Positions 48,438-62,679 of a stretch of 64,000 nucleotides of DNA are shown in pieces (the stretch's first letter is position 1; every line of letters begins with the position of its first letter). This DNA is from Eledone cirrhosa (Eukaryota). The stretch covers positions 17,174,001-17,238,000 of the forward strand of contig OZ024764.1 of the NCBI GenBank assembly GCA_964016885.1, written 5' to 3'. The notes below the pieces were generated by a model. That model was not told the origin of the DNA, did no database searches, and saw only the letters and a list, made by a program, of their open reading frames with translations. A program made the position numbers and the translations under genes.

Positions 48438-50850
48438 TTATACCCGAGAGGGTCGTGGGGTCAGAGTCCTCAAATACTTCTTCCTGCAAGGTCCTATCAG
48501 AAGCAATTGTCTCCAACTGATCCGGCTCGATCCCCAAATGATCCCCAACAATCTTGCTCGAGGTCTACCCCTGGGTCTCCTGCCAGTTGGTTTTGCCTGT
48601 AAAATCTGTCCAGAGATTCTTTCCTGAGACATTCTAACCACATGTCTGTAGTATCAGAGCTGTGATCTCTCAATCCAGAGATTCTTTCCTCAGACATTCT
48701 AACCACATGCCTGTAGTATCAGAGCTGTGATCTCTCAATTCAGAGATTCTTTCCTCAGACATTCTAACCACATGTCTGTAGTATCAGAGCTGTGATCTCT
48801 CAATCCAGAGATTCTTTCCTGAGACATTCTAACCACATGTCTGTAGTATCAGAGTTGTGATCTCTCAATCCAGAGATTCTTTCCTCAGACATTCTAACCA
48901 CATGTCTGTAGTATCAGAGCTGTGATCTCTCAATTCAGAGATTCTTTCCTCAGACATTCTAACCACATGTCTGTAGTATCAGAGCTGTGATCTCTCAATT
49001 CAGAGATTCTTTCCTCAGACATTCTAACCACATGTCTGTAGTATCAGAGCTGTGATCTCTCAATCCAGAGATTCTTTCCTGAGACATTCTAACCACATGT
49101 CTGTAGTATCAGAGCTGTGATCTCTCAATTCAGAGATTCTTTCCTGAGACATTCTAACCACATGTCTGTAGTATCAGAGCTGTGATCTCTCAATCCAGAG
49201 ATTCTTTCCTGAGACATTCTAACCACATGTCTGTAGTATCAGAGTTGTGATCTCTCAATCCAGAGATTCTTTCCTCAGACATTCTAACCACATGTCTGTA
49301 GTATCAGAGCTGTGATCTCTCAATTCAGAGATTCTTTCCTCAGACATTCTAACCACATGTCTGTAGTATCAGAGCTGTGATCTCTCAATTCAGAGATTCT
49401 TTCCTCAGACATTCTAACCACATGTCTGTAGTATCAGAGCTGTGATCTCTCAATCCAGAGATTCTTTCCTGAGACATTCTAACCACATGTCTGTAGTATC
49501 AGAGCTGTGATCTCTCAATTCAGAGATTCTTTCCTGAGACATTCTAACCACATGTCTGTAGTATCAGAGCTGTGATCTCTCAATCCAGAGATTCTTTCCT
49601 GAGACATTCTAACCACATGTCTGTAGTATCAGAGCTGTGATCTCTCAATCCAGAGATTCTTTCCTCAGACATTCTAACCACATGTCTGTAGTATCAGAGC
49701 TGTGATCTCTCAATTCAGAGATTCTTTCCTCAGACATTCTAACCACATGTCTGTAGTATCAGAGCTGTGATCTCTCAATCCAGAGATTCTTTCCTGAGAC
49801 ATTCTAACCACATGTCTGTAGTATCAGAGTTGTGATCTCTCAATCCAGAGATTCTTTCCTCAGACATTCTAACCACATGTCTGTAGTATCAGAGCTGTGA
49901 TCTCTCAATTCAGAGATTCTTTCCTCAGACATTCTAACCACATGTCTGTAGTATCAGAGCTGTGATCTCTCAATTCAGAGATTCTTTCCTCAGACATTCT
50001 AACCACATGTCTGTAGTATCAGAGCTGTGGTCTCTCAATCCAGAGATTCTTTCCTGAGACATTCTAACCACATGTCTGTAGTATCAGAGCTGTGATCACT
50101 CAATTCGGAGATTCTTTCCTGAGACATTCTAACCACAAGTCTGTAGTATCAGAGCTGTGATCTCTCAATCCAGAGATTCTTTCCTGAGACATTCTAACCA
50201 CATGTCTGTAGTATCAGAGCTGTGATCTCTCAATCCAGAGATTCTTTCCTCAGACATTCTAACCACATGTCTGTAGTATCAGAGCTGTGATCTCTCAACC
50301 CAGAGATTCTTTCCTCAGACATTCTAACCACATGTCTGTAGTATCAGAGCTGTGATCTCTCAACCCAGAGATTCTTTCCTGAGACATTCTAACCACATGT
50401 CTGTAGTATCAGAGCTGTGATCTCTCAATCCAGAGATTCTTTCCTCAGACATTCTAACCACATGTCTGTAGTATCAGAGCTGTGATCTCTCAATTCAGAG
50501 ATTCTTTCCTGAGACATTCTAACCACATGTCTGTAGTATCAGAGCTGTGATCTCTCAACCCAGAGATTCTTTCCTGAGACATTCTAACCACATGTCTGTA
50601 GTATCAGAGCTGTGATCTCTCAATTCAGAGATTCTTTCCTGAGACATTCTAACCACATGTCTGTAGTATCAGAGCAGTGATCTCTCAATTTGGAGAAGTA
50701 GTGGCTCTACCTGGAGTGACTCTCTGATCTCCGAGGTACGCATTCTATTGAGTAAAGTTACTCCAAAAACCCTTCAGAGGAACCCCATTTCTGCCATTTG
50801 TATTCGCGATCGTATTCTTTCGGTCTTTACCCAAGATTCATGACTATAAG
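48438..50850 (-). mobile_element. RTE (Expander/Rex3-like) LINE 3' fragment with an internal 65-bp satellite (about 32 copies, 48610-50690)
   Basis: The right flank reads YSHESWVKTERIRSRIQMAEMGFL*RVFGVTLLNRMRTSEIRESLQVEPLLLQIERS. The left flank reads [27 protein letters not shown]. Confidence 0.92.
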
Positions 50851-51264
50851 TTTGTATATTCATCTGTGGAAAGTGGATGGCCAAGTGGTTAGAGTGGTTG
50901 GTTCCTGATGGTTGAACTGAGTTTGATTTAATATATATAATGATGCTTGTGGTGGTGGTGATATATATATATGTTGGTGGTGGTGCTGGTGGTTGGTGGT
51001 GGTGGTGGTGGTGGTGGTGGTAGTAGGGGTGATATATATATAGTGGTTAGAACAATGGGGGATGATGAAATTCCAGGGATTTGAAGCCATGAAATTCATT
51101 TGGTGACCTCTGAGCCCTGACCTCTTACTCACTGTAATGTATACATGTGTGTGTATATATATATATATATATATAGGGTTTCTGTCTCTGTTGTGGTTTG
51201 TCTACACTAATACACTATATATATACATGATTACACCACTATATATATATATACATATGTATAC

Positions 51265-51322
<58 letters not shown>

Positions 51323-51455
51323 TATGTAATACCACACTAGTGGTATTGTAGGCTAAATATTTAATATATATATATATATATGCATATATATATTTGTGTC
51401 TGTATATATATATGTATGTATATATGTATACCACTGCATTTGTCTGATTTATTTT

Positions 51456-51503
<48 letters not shown>

Positions 51504-51523
51504 TATATAGTTAAAAATATATA

Positions 51524-51608
<85 letters not shown>

Positions 51609-51726
51609 TTAAGTATCATTATATACATACCATGTCACCTACATAGAGATCTAATGACACCATAGTTATATAATTACATGGCTGTTCTGTTGAACTTTCT
51701 CCAAGTCCATCCCAGTTCACACACAC

Positions 51727-51770
<44 letters not shown>

Positions 51771-51788
51771 GTGTATATATATACACAC

Positions 51789-51829
<41 letters not shown>

Positions 51830-52100
51830 CATATATATATATATAACTATACACACACACATATATATATATACACACACACACATATATATATGTATAT
51901 ATATACACACACACACACATATATATATATATAAATATACACACATATATATACCTACATATATATATATATATATATATGAGAAAAAATGGGGAGAAGA
52001 ATACTGCAGGTTGCACATGGATAACATGTTATACATATATCTATATACATACATGCAAACATATATATATATATACATACACACCACCACACAGCTACAT

Positions 52101-52153
<53 letters not shown>

Positions 52154-52394
52154 CATACACATAAAATGACATGTGTACACACACATTCCACAACACTTAC
52201 ACACACACACACACAGACAGACAGACAGACACACAGACAGACACACACAGACACAGACACATTATCTGCTTCCTTCCTGTACTTCAGCTGTCAACATGAC
52301 AGCCACCCCCACCCCCACCACTTGGACGTCGCTAGAAATAGCAGCCAAATCTCCCTCAAACCACACCCTCGCTGTCTTGTATGGTTTTCTATAC

Positions 52395-52426
<32 letters not shown>

Positions 52427-52446
52427 ATGTGTGTGTGTGTGTATAC

Positions 52447-52488
<42 letters not shown>

Positions 52489-52492
52489 ATAC

Positions 52493-52534
<42 letters not shown>

Positions 52535-52625
52535 ATACATATATATATATATATATGTGTGTGTGTGTACATATATATATATATGTGTGTGTATGTGTGT
52601 GTGTGTATATATATGTGTGTGTGTG

Positions 52626-52656
<31 letters not shown>

Positions 52657-52666
52657 ATATATGTAT

Positions 52667-52951
52667 GGAGGCACATGGCTTAGTGGTTAGAGCATTGGCC
52701 TTGCAATCGAAAGGTTGTGAGTTCAATTCTCAGACCGGGTGATGTGTTGTTTCCTTGAGCAAGACACTTTATTTCACATTGCTCCAGTTTACTCAGCTGT
52801 AGAAATGAGATGATAGGGACTGGGGTCCCTATCATTCCACTGTAAAGTGGACGTGGAGGTGCCACAGCAAAAAAGCACCCAGCACTCACTGTAAATGAGG
52901 TTGGTGTTAGGAAGGGCCTCCAGCTGTAGAAATCAAGCCAGAATCAGTTCC
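52667..52951 (+). mobile_element. CORE-like tRNA SINE, 3'-truncated
   Basis: Identical head and core to the copy at 56051. Confidence 0.9.
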
Positions 52952-53556
52952 TGTACCACATGGACATGAAAGACAACCCTGTGAGACAACTTGTCTGAAA
53001 GTTACTGGGAACAGAAACTAGTACAACCTTTGTCATTATGGGACCAACACCACCACCACCACTACCACCACCACCACTACCACCACTACCACCACCACCA
53101 CTACCACCACCACCACCACTACCACTACCACCACCACCACCACTACCACCACCACCAACACCACCAACACCACCACTACACCACCACCACCACCACTGCA
53201 CCAGCACCAGCACCACCACCACTACACCACCACCACCACCACCACCACTACACCACCACCACCACCACCACCACTACACCACCACCACCACCACCACCAA
53301 CAACAGCTGCTCTGGTACATGATGATGATGATATATACACACTTATATTTGTGTGTGTGTATATATGTGTGTGTGTGAATGCATAAATTATCATCAGTGT
53401 ATATACATATACATACATGCAGTAAGATTTATATATAGATATATATATATACACATATATATATACATGCTAGCGTGGAAGATGGACGATAAACGATGAT
53501 GATGATGATGATGATATATATACATTTATATATATATACATACATGCAGTAAGATT

Positions 53557-53599
<43 letters not shown>

Positions 53600-53636
53600 T
53601 AAAATTTATAAATATATATATATATATACATGCAGT

Positions 53637-53681
<45 letters not shown>

Positions 53682-54051
53682 GCAGTAAGATTTATAAATA
53701 TATATATATATATATATATACATGCAGTAAAATATATATATATATATATATATATACATGCAGTAAGATTTATAAATATATATATATATACATGCAGTAA
53801 AATATATATATATATATATATATACATGCAGTAAGATTTATAAATATATATATATCTTTCATCATTAGCCATCATTTGACAAGGAACTGGGTTACAATAT
53901 GGTTGTAAGTAACACTGGCTTCTATTTAACATATATATATGTTGGTGGTGGCTGGTGTGTGTGTATATATATAGAGAGAGAGAGACAGACGTGTGTATAT
54001 ATATATATAGAGAGAGATATGTGTGTTTATAATGTGTATATAATTTAATGT

Positions 54052-54083
<32 letters not shown>

Positions 54084-54225
54084 TATGTGTATGGACCTAT
54101 ATATAGAGAGAGACACAGACGTGTGTGTATAAATATATATATATATTGAGAGAGAGAGACAGACGTGTGTATATATATATATATAGAGAGATGTGTGTGT
54201 TTATAATGTGTATATAATTTAATGT

Positions 54226-54262
<37 letters not shown>

Positions 54263-54315
54263 ATATATAGAGAGAGAGATATGTGTATGGACCTATATAT
54301 ATAGAGAGAGACAGA

Positions 54316-54416
<101 letters not shown>

Positions 54417-54643
54417 GTGTGTATATATCATCATCGTTTAACGTCCACCTTCCATGCTAGCATGGGTTAGACGTGAGTTGTCCCACTTGAGGCAAGGTTG
54501 GTCAGGTGACCATGTCTCACTCATATAGGTTTTCTACAGCTGGATGTCCTTCCTAACACCATTATATATATATATATAACAAACGAATTGTGGTAAGGAA
54601 CCAGATGGACCATAACACACCAGAGTACTCAATACTTAGGGTA

Positions 54644-54685
<42 letters not shown>

Positions 54686-54924
54686 AATATGGAAGTCCCA
54701 AACATGGAAAACCAGTGTAACATCTGTCTACCACTATAAATAATAGTTGAGAAATTTGGATAATTTAGCCAAAGTCTCTCGATGTAATTTACCCAATTTA
54801 CTAAACTATTATTTAATGAGATCAACCTTAATTACTGTTAATTATTGCGTTTGGGCCTCACATTTCTAAGTTTCGAATACTCCCAGTGGTTTGATATTTA
54901 ATACGCTTTATGTATACATATAAA

Positions 54925-54971
<47 letters not shown>

Positions 54972-55320
54972 ATATATATATGTATATGTATATTAAATAT
55001 ATGAACATATATGTGTGCCTGTGTGTATATATGTATGTATATGTATATGTGTATATAGATGTATGTATTTATATATATATGTATGTATACATATAGATGT
55101 ATGTATTTATATATAGATGTATGTATACATATAGATGTAAGTATTTATATATAGATGTAGCTCAAGGGCGGTGCCCCAGCATGGCCTCAGCCGGATGGCT
55201 GAAACAGGTAAAAGAGTATGTGTATATATAGATGTATGTATATGTATATATATATATATATGTATATGTATATATAGATATATGTATATGTATATATATA
55301 TATGTATATATAGATGTATA

Positions 55321-55375
<55 letters not shown>

Positions 55376-55987
55376 GTATATATATATGTATATATATATG
55401 TATATATAGATGTATACTTATATATATATATATATATAAGTATGTATACGTACATACATATATGTATACAGACGTACAGTAGTATATATATATATACATA
55501 CATGCACACATATATATATGTATGTATGGATTCATCGAACATCTATTATAATGCTCAATATATATATATATATGTATATATAGATGTATGTATATATATA
55601 TATATATATATACATATAGATGCATGTATATATAGAGAGAGATATGTGTATATATATATATATATTATACATATATATAGAGAGATATATACTTTCTACC
55701 ACATACCACAGTACAGTACACCACACTGCACAACACCACACCCCACCCCACCCCACCCCACCAGGGGCAATGGTCAGGTAGGGGGAGTTATTCAATTAAA
55801 TCTGACTCACTAACGACATTCTCTATTACCAGTCTTAATTATACCTAACAGACATTGCTGAACATTTTCACAGCAACAACAAGACTGGAAGGGTTTGAAA
55901 AAAATCAAAGACAGAACATAGGAGGTGGTGGTGGTGGTGGTACACACACACAGACATATATACACCACTACCTATACCCTGTCATTG

Positions 55988-56024
<37 letters not shown>

Positions 56025-56050
56025 TGTATGTATATATATATATATATAAT

Positions 56051-56379
56051 GGAGGCACATGGCTTAGTGGTTAGAGCATTGGCCTTGCAATCGAAAGGTT
56101 GTGAGTTCAATTCTCAGACCGGGTGATGTGTTGTTTCCTTGAACAAGACACTTTATTTCACATTGCTCCAGTTTACTCAGCTGTAGAAATGAGATGATAG
56201 GACTGGTGTCCCTATCATTCCACTGTAAAGTGGACGTGTAGGCGCCACGAAAAAGCACCCAGCACTCACTGTAAATGAGGTTGGTGTTAGGAAGGGCATC
56301 CAGCTGTAGAAATCAAGCCAGAATCAGTTCCCGTCCCACCCTGGCAAGCAGGGAAAAGTGGACGTAAAATGAAATGATG

Positions 56380-56381
<2 letters not shown>
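56051..56381 (+). mobile_element. full-length tRNA-derived SINE with CORE-like centre and RTE-derived 3' tail
   Basis: A box tggcttagtggttag and B box gagttcaattc. The centre ttccttgaacaagacactttatttcacattgctccagtttactcagctgtagaaatg resembles the MIR CORE domain. The tail cccgtcccaccctggcaagcagggaaaagtggacgtaaaatga matches the RTE 3' end. Confidence 0.92.
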
Positions 56382-56410
<29 letters not shown>

Positions 56411-56638
56411 TTCTACAGGACTAGAACTGTTTCATTCGAAGGAAAATCATCAGGAAAACTATTTCTATATTAAATTTCTTGTTTACACTCTAGTACCTCA
56501 CTTACTGTGGTTACCTTCCATTAAACCAGGGGATCACACACACATATATATATATATATATATAAATACACTTTTTGATGAATTGTAGTACACCTCATCA
56601 CTGTACACAATATTTCATTATTATTATTATTATTATTA

Positions 56639-56830
56639 GGCGGTGGATTGGCAGTATTGGTAGAGGGCCGGACGCCATGCTTTGGCGCATAGAGTTACGG
56701 CCCTTGCCATTCTGAGTTCAAATCCCGCCGAGGTTAACTTTGCCTTTCATCCTTACGGGGTCGATAAAATAAAGTACCAGTAATGTACTGGGTAATTGCT
56801 GGCCTTGTGCCAAAAAGTAGAAACAATTAT
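56639..56830 (+). mobile_element. second SINE family (Meta-like core), full length, within (ATT)n
   Basis: ggcggtggattggcagtattggtagag...gagttcaaatcccgccgaggttaactttgcctttcatcc...aaagtagaaac(aatt)n. Confidence 0.8.
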
Positions 56831-57047
56831 TATTATTATTATTATTATATATAACCTATTACTTCTTTCGTTACTTTGGTATTGTGTGTTAGGTTTTGCC
56901 TACCATAATGTTCAATTTGTCCAGCTATTTAAACGTATGTTATTACTCTAACGACCTACCTACTTATTGAGTGCTTTGCTAACTCATTCCTATTGTAGGT
57001 CGACTTTGCTTGCCCTCAGCCAAAGCTTCGATTTTACTAAGCTTCCA

Positions 57048-57104
<57 letters not shown>

Positions 57105-57784
57105 CCTTGTCTGATGAACGAATGCGGACGTTTCTTGTATTCGTCTTATTCGGGAAACCTCTAGTAATGAGATAATTATACTGTATTGTTTATTATACAT
57201 TAAATATTTAGCTCTGTAACTTACATAGAGCACTCTTCATTCCTCTGACTTTTTCAATTTTCAACGGAAACTTCAATATATATATATATATATATATAAC
57301 GAAGGAAATGTGGTAAGGAACCAGATGGACCATAACGCACCAAAGTACTCAATACTTAGGGTAGTAGAGTGGGTAATAGGAACGAGTAGGACCCCGACGG
57401 CTGAGCTCAAGCCGTTTCGACGGCTTGAGCTCAGCCGTCGGGGTCCTACTCGTTCCTATATATATCCCCACCACCACCCTACTCTCAAGAGCGTGAAACT
57501 AATAAACCTTTGTTCGTACTGCCTCTCTGTTTTATTCCCGTTCAACTTTTCACTATATATGTATATATACATAGTTACTATAATAGCGATGATAAAGCTG
57601 GTAATAACTGCAGGATTAGTAGAATTTTCAAGGGAGGTAACTAGTACATAATAAACAAGAGTTATCGTTCTTGGATTTCCTGTACTCAGAACGTTGAGAT
57701 TTCGTGTTGCTCACTTGATGGTGAGTAATCTTCCACCATCATCATCATCATCATCAACAACATTAACTGTAATCTCCTAGAACA

Positions 57785-57831
<47 letters not shown>

Positions 57832-57854
57832 CATATATATATGTATATATATAT

Positions 57855-58240
57855 ACGATATTAACAAATGGAAACTATATTTATAAAACCATATCTATTT
57901 TATTATACATATTTCAAGGATACCATGTTAAATTATGGTGTGCTTTCATCAGACAAAATACAGTTTTATAAATAAATTTTAACATACCCTTTCAAAATGC
58001 AACCGTTACTTAAAATTTATTTATAAAACTGGTATATATTGTATTTTGTCTGATGAAAGCATACCATAATTTAACATGGTGTCCTTGAAATATGTATAAT
58101 AAAATAGATATGGTTTTATAAATATAGTTTCCATTTGTTAATATATCGTATGTTTATTCCAAAAACTTGTCGAGTGCTTTATATCAGTTATAAAAATATT
58201 TGCTTGTTGTATCCCAACAATTTAAATAGAACTTTTGCAT
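57855..58240. mobile_element. inverted Penelope-like pLTR pair, each arm with a hammerhead motif (57897-57959 minus, 58043-58105 plus)
   Basis: Inverted arms of about 120 bp. The plus-strand motif reads attttgt-CTGATGA-aagcataccat/atggtgtcctt-GAAA-tatgta-TA-ataaaat. Confidence 0.72.
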
Positions 58241-58247
58241 ATATGTA

Positions 58248-58580
58248 TCATCATCATTTTACGTCCACTTTTTCCCTGCTTGCAAGGGTGGGACGGGAAC
58301 TGATTCTGGCTTGATTTCTACAGCTGGATGCCCTTCCTAACACCAACCTCATTTACAGTGAGTGCTGGGTGCTTTTTTGCCGTGGCACCTCCATGACCAC
58401 TTTGCAGTGGAGTGATATGGACCCCAGTCCCTATCATCTCATTTCTACAGCTGAGTAAACTGGAGCAATGTGAAATAAAGTGTCTTGCTCAAGGAGACAA
58501 CACATCACCCGGTCTGAGAATTGAACTCACAACCTTTCGATTGCAAGGCCAATGATCTAACCACTAAGCCATGTGCCTCC
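58248..58580 (-). mobile_element. CORE-like tRNA SINE with RTE tail, full length
   Basis: Reverse complement of 56051-56381. Confidence 0.9.
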
Positions 58581-59617
58581 ATATATATATATATATATAT
58601 ATAAAGTTTGTATATGTATAATAAAGCCAAAACAATGCAGGTATGGACATAGAATAAAGAATGCAAATGCAAAAGATATTGTTGACAATTAGTCTTTTAC
58701 CTTAGATTTATTTAAATGTGCTTAATTTTCGAGATAATATCTCTTCTTCGGAGGGAAGTAAAGTGGTTAAACCAGCATTCTAAATAGCTTGCCAGTCATG
58801 CTGACAGGAAATGGTATAGAGTATCTGTTCTATCTCTAATGTCAAAGAGTTAAGGTTAGGTGGATAAAGAGTAGTCTCCCTTTAAAAGGGTTTTTTTTTT
58901 TTGTTTGATTTTTGTACATGCCTGTTTAAGTGTGTGGGAGAATGCGTGAAGGTGTAAGTATGTGAGTGTGTCTCGTGTTAGAACTGGTCATTGTGTGTGT
59001 ATGAGAGAGAATAAGTGGAGGTGTAAGTATGTGAGTGTGTGTGTGAGTGTGAGAGGATATGTCTATACGTAAATGTGGGGGATAGATGTTATCTCGTGTT
59101 AGAACTGGTCTTTGTGTGTGTATGAGAGAGAATAAGTGGAGGTGTAAGCGTGTGTGTGTGTGTGCGCGTGGGAGGGGGGGGTGTAAATATGGGGCTAGAT
59201 GCTCTATCAATTTATAACTTGATAGAGCATCTATCATATACATTCTCTCTCGCACACACACACACTCTCTTTCTCACACACACACACACTTTCTGACACA
59301 CACACACATACACACTCTTTCTGACATACACACACACACATACACACTCTTTCTGACATACACATACACACTCTTTCTGACATACATACACACACACACA
59401 CACACACTTTCTCACACACATGCACATACATACACACACTCTCTTTCTCACACACACACACACACTCTATCACACACACACACACACTTTCTCTCATGCA
59501 CATACACACACACACACACACACTCTCTCTCTCACATTCTTACATTCTCTCCCTCACGATGTTTCATTTCTTCTTCTTCTTCTTCTTCTTCTTCTCCAGA
59601 TCTTAATTCGTGACATC

Positions 59618-60583
59618 ATGGACCTGAAGCTGGACAACAGCACGTTAAACTTCCACTGGTCGGAGAAGGAGATTTACTGGGCCAGCTTCAGCCACAAGTC
59701 AAAACTGGAGACAGACGAGCACCTCTTCTATAAGGGCTTCCTCAACGGCAAAGGGGCGCGCCAGGGGGAACGGTGCCTGGTCCGTGTGAAGAAGGACGCG
59801 TGTGGCGAGCAAGGGTATTGGAATCGCTATTTCGATATTCTAAGTCTCCAGCAGCAAATTGCTGACTTGTTTAATAAGACTGTCCTCAACCACGACTACC
59901 TGGATGTGGTGAGGCCCCACCTGGCGCAGATCGACAGCGTGTCCAGCCTGAACAGAATGTGTGGGGCCCGCAACGGTCCTAAGGAGTTTGGCCAAGAAGA
60001 ATTTGTGGTCGTGGAGGAGTTCCTGTCGGAAGAAGGTCGGGGTAATGGTTGTTGGCAAAAGTTCTCGGATCAGGGTGCTAATATCAGTGGCGGCGGTGGT
60101 GGTGGTGGTGGTGGTGGTGGTGGTGGTGTTGGTAGGTACAACAACAACAATAGTGGCAACAACAACAATGGCGCAAACGTCGATGGTGGTGGTGGTAGCG
60201 GTGGTGGCGGTGGTAGTAGCGGCGGCGGCGGCGGCGGTAGTGGTGGCGGTGGCGGTGGTGGCGGTGACGGCGGCGGTGAAGCTGATGAGGATGGTGGCGA
60301 CGGTGGTGACTTTTCCCTCGTCCGAAGTCGTCTCCTCGCCGTCCTCGACGCTTTGTCCCACTTCAGCTTCGTTGTGATGCACGGCGAGATGATCCTGTGC
60401 GACTTCCGCGGGGAGTCCCGGGACAGGTCCTGCTGTCTCTCCTGTCCCACCATCCACTCCAGGAAACATGAGTTCCATGATTGGGGAGACGAGGGAGTGA
60501 GTGGCATCAAGACTTTCATGGCAAAACATAAATGCAACAAGTTCTGCCTAAAGTTTGCCCCCACCTCCAACACCACCACATAA
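59618..60583 (+). CDS. stand-alone alpha-kinase (eEF2K/MHCK/vwkA-like) fold protein, probable pseudokinase; 321 aa from ATG 59618 (exon acceptor at 59598-99)
   Basis: Motifs 'FYKG', 'RCLVRVKK', 'IADLFNK', 'VVVEEFL', 'KF', 'DALSHFSF', 'MILCDFRG', 'LSCPTIHS', 'GDEGVSGIKTFMAKHKCNKFC' follow alpha-kinase subdomain order, including the Zn-binding His...HxCxxxC. The ORF-track start at 59420 is in a CA repeat and polypyrimidine tract. Confidence 0.88.
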   Translation: MDLKLDNSTLNFHWSEKEIYWASFSHKSKLETDEHLFYKGFLNGKGARQGERCLVRVKKDACGEQGYWNRYFDILSLQQQIADLFNKTVLNHDYLDVVRPHLAQIDSVSSLNRMCGARNGPKEFGQEEFVVVEEFLSEEGRGNGCWQKFSDQGANISGGGGGGGGGGGGGVGRYNNNNSGNNNNGANVDGGGGSGGGGGSSGGGGGGSGGGGGGGGDGGGEADEDGGDGGDFSLVRSRLLAVLDALSHFSFVVMHGEMILCDFRGESRDRSCCLSCPTIHSRKHEFHDWGDEGVSGIKTFMAKHKCNKFCLKFAPTSNTTT

Positions 60584-61895
60584 CACCAACACCAACAACA
60601 CCACCAACACATAACAACACCAACAACAACAACACCACCACATAACAACAACAACAACACCAACAACAACAACAACACCAACAACAACAACAACACCAAC
60701 ACATAACAACAACAACAACACCAACACCACCACATAACACCAACAACAACAACAACAACACCTCCAACACCAACACACAACAACAACACCAACAACACCA
60801 ACACATAACAACAACAACAACACCAACACCAACACATAACACCAACACATAACACCAACAACAACAACAACACCAACAACACCAACACATAACAACAACA
60901 ACAACACCAACACCAACACATAACACCAACACATAACACCAACAACAACAACAACACCAACAACACCAACACATAACAACAACAACAACACCAACACCAC
61001 CACATAACACCAACACATAACACCAACAACAACAACAACACCAACAACACCAACACATAACAACAACACCAACAACAACAACACATAACAACACCAACAC
61101 CACCACATAACAACAACACCAACAACAACACCTCCAACACCAACACATAACAACAACACCAACAACACCAACACATAACAACAACACCTCCAACACCAAC
61201 ACATAACAACACCAACAACACCAACACATAACAACAACAACAACACCAACACCACCACATAACACCAACAACAACAACAACATAACACCAACAACAACAA
61301 CAACACCTCCAACACCAACACACAACAACAACACCACCACATAACACCAACACCACCACCACCACCACCACCAACAACCCCAACAACAACAACACCACCA
61401 CCGCCACATAACATCACCACCAACACTACCACATAACACCAACAACAACACCTCCAACACCAACACACAACAACAACACCACCACATAACACCAACACCA
61501 CCACCACCACCACCACCAACCCCAACAACAACAACAACACCACCGCCACATAACATCACCACCAACACTACCACATAACACCAACAACAATAACAACACT
61601 AATACCACATAACAACAACACCAACAACAATAACATCAACAGCACTAACACCAACACAACAACAACACCAACACCACCACCACAAGTTCACCCCTACTTC
61701 CAACACCACCACCACATCACAACCACTCTAACATTACCAACAACACCACCTCCTCCAACACCAATAACACCCCCACCACAAGTTCTGACTCAAGTTGCCC
61801 TCCCTCCCCCCACTTCCAACAACAACACCAACACCAACAACAACAACAACAACAACACCAACAACAACACCAACACCACCAACAACAACAACATC
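60570..61895. repeat. (ACA/ACC)-rich compound repeat downstream of the alpha-kinase stop
   Basis: Recurring accaccacataac and cctccaacaccaac blocks. Confidence 0.88.
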
Positions 61896-62033
61896 TGGAT
61901 TTGAGTCTTTGTTCTGTTTTTTTTCTGCTGTTTTTGCATTTTTAAATGTTTTTCTGTTTGTTTTTTCTGCTCCTTTTGTTTTTGTTGTTTGTTTTTTCAT
62001 CATTCACCTTTCTCTCTCTCTCTCTCTCTCTCT

Positions 62034-62064
<31 letters not shown>

Positions 62065-62223
62065 CCCCCTCTCTCTCTCTCTTTCTCTCTCTCTCTCTTT
62101 CTTTCTTTCCTTTGTTTTCGTTTGTTACCAATTTTTAAAAAAATTATTTTTTAAAGAAGTTTTCTGTTTTTGAATTTTTTTCTCTAATGTTTTAAGTTGC
62201 CCCCCCCCCCCTCTATATATATA

Positions 62224-62302
<79 letters not shown>

Positions 62303-62345
62303 ATATATATATGTATATATATATATGTGTATATATATATATGTG

Positions 62346-62376
<31 letters not shown>

Positions 62377-62381
62377 GTATG

Positions 62382-62413
<32 letters not shown>

Positions 62414-62569
62414 TGTATATATATGTATGTATATATATATATATGTATGTATATATATATATATATATGTATGTATATATATATATATATATGTATGTAT
62501 ATATATATATATATATATGTATGTATATATATATATATATATGTATGTATATATATATATATATATATG

Positions 62570-62611
<42 letters not shown>

Positions 62612-62644
62612 GATAGATATATATATATATATATATGTATGTAG

Positions 62645-62679
<35 letters not shown>

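Noticed and set aside
56051-56125. tRNA gene
   Set aside because: The A and B boxes are present but the cloverleaf is incomplete. The sequence continues into a SINE body and is repeated several times in the window.
59420-59599. N-terminal 60 aa of the 387-aa ORF, including an apparent poly-Leu signal or TM segment
   Set aside because: It is a CA repeat plus a (CTT)n polypyrimidine tract ending in a canonical ccag acceptor, so it is intronic.
60070-61608. Cys/Val/Trp-rich minus-strand ORFs
   Set aside because: They are antisense translations of the ACA/ACC repeat.
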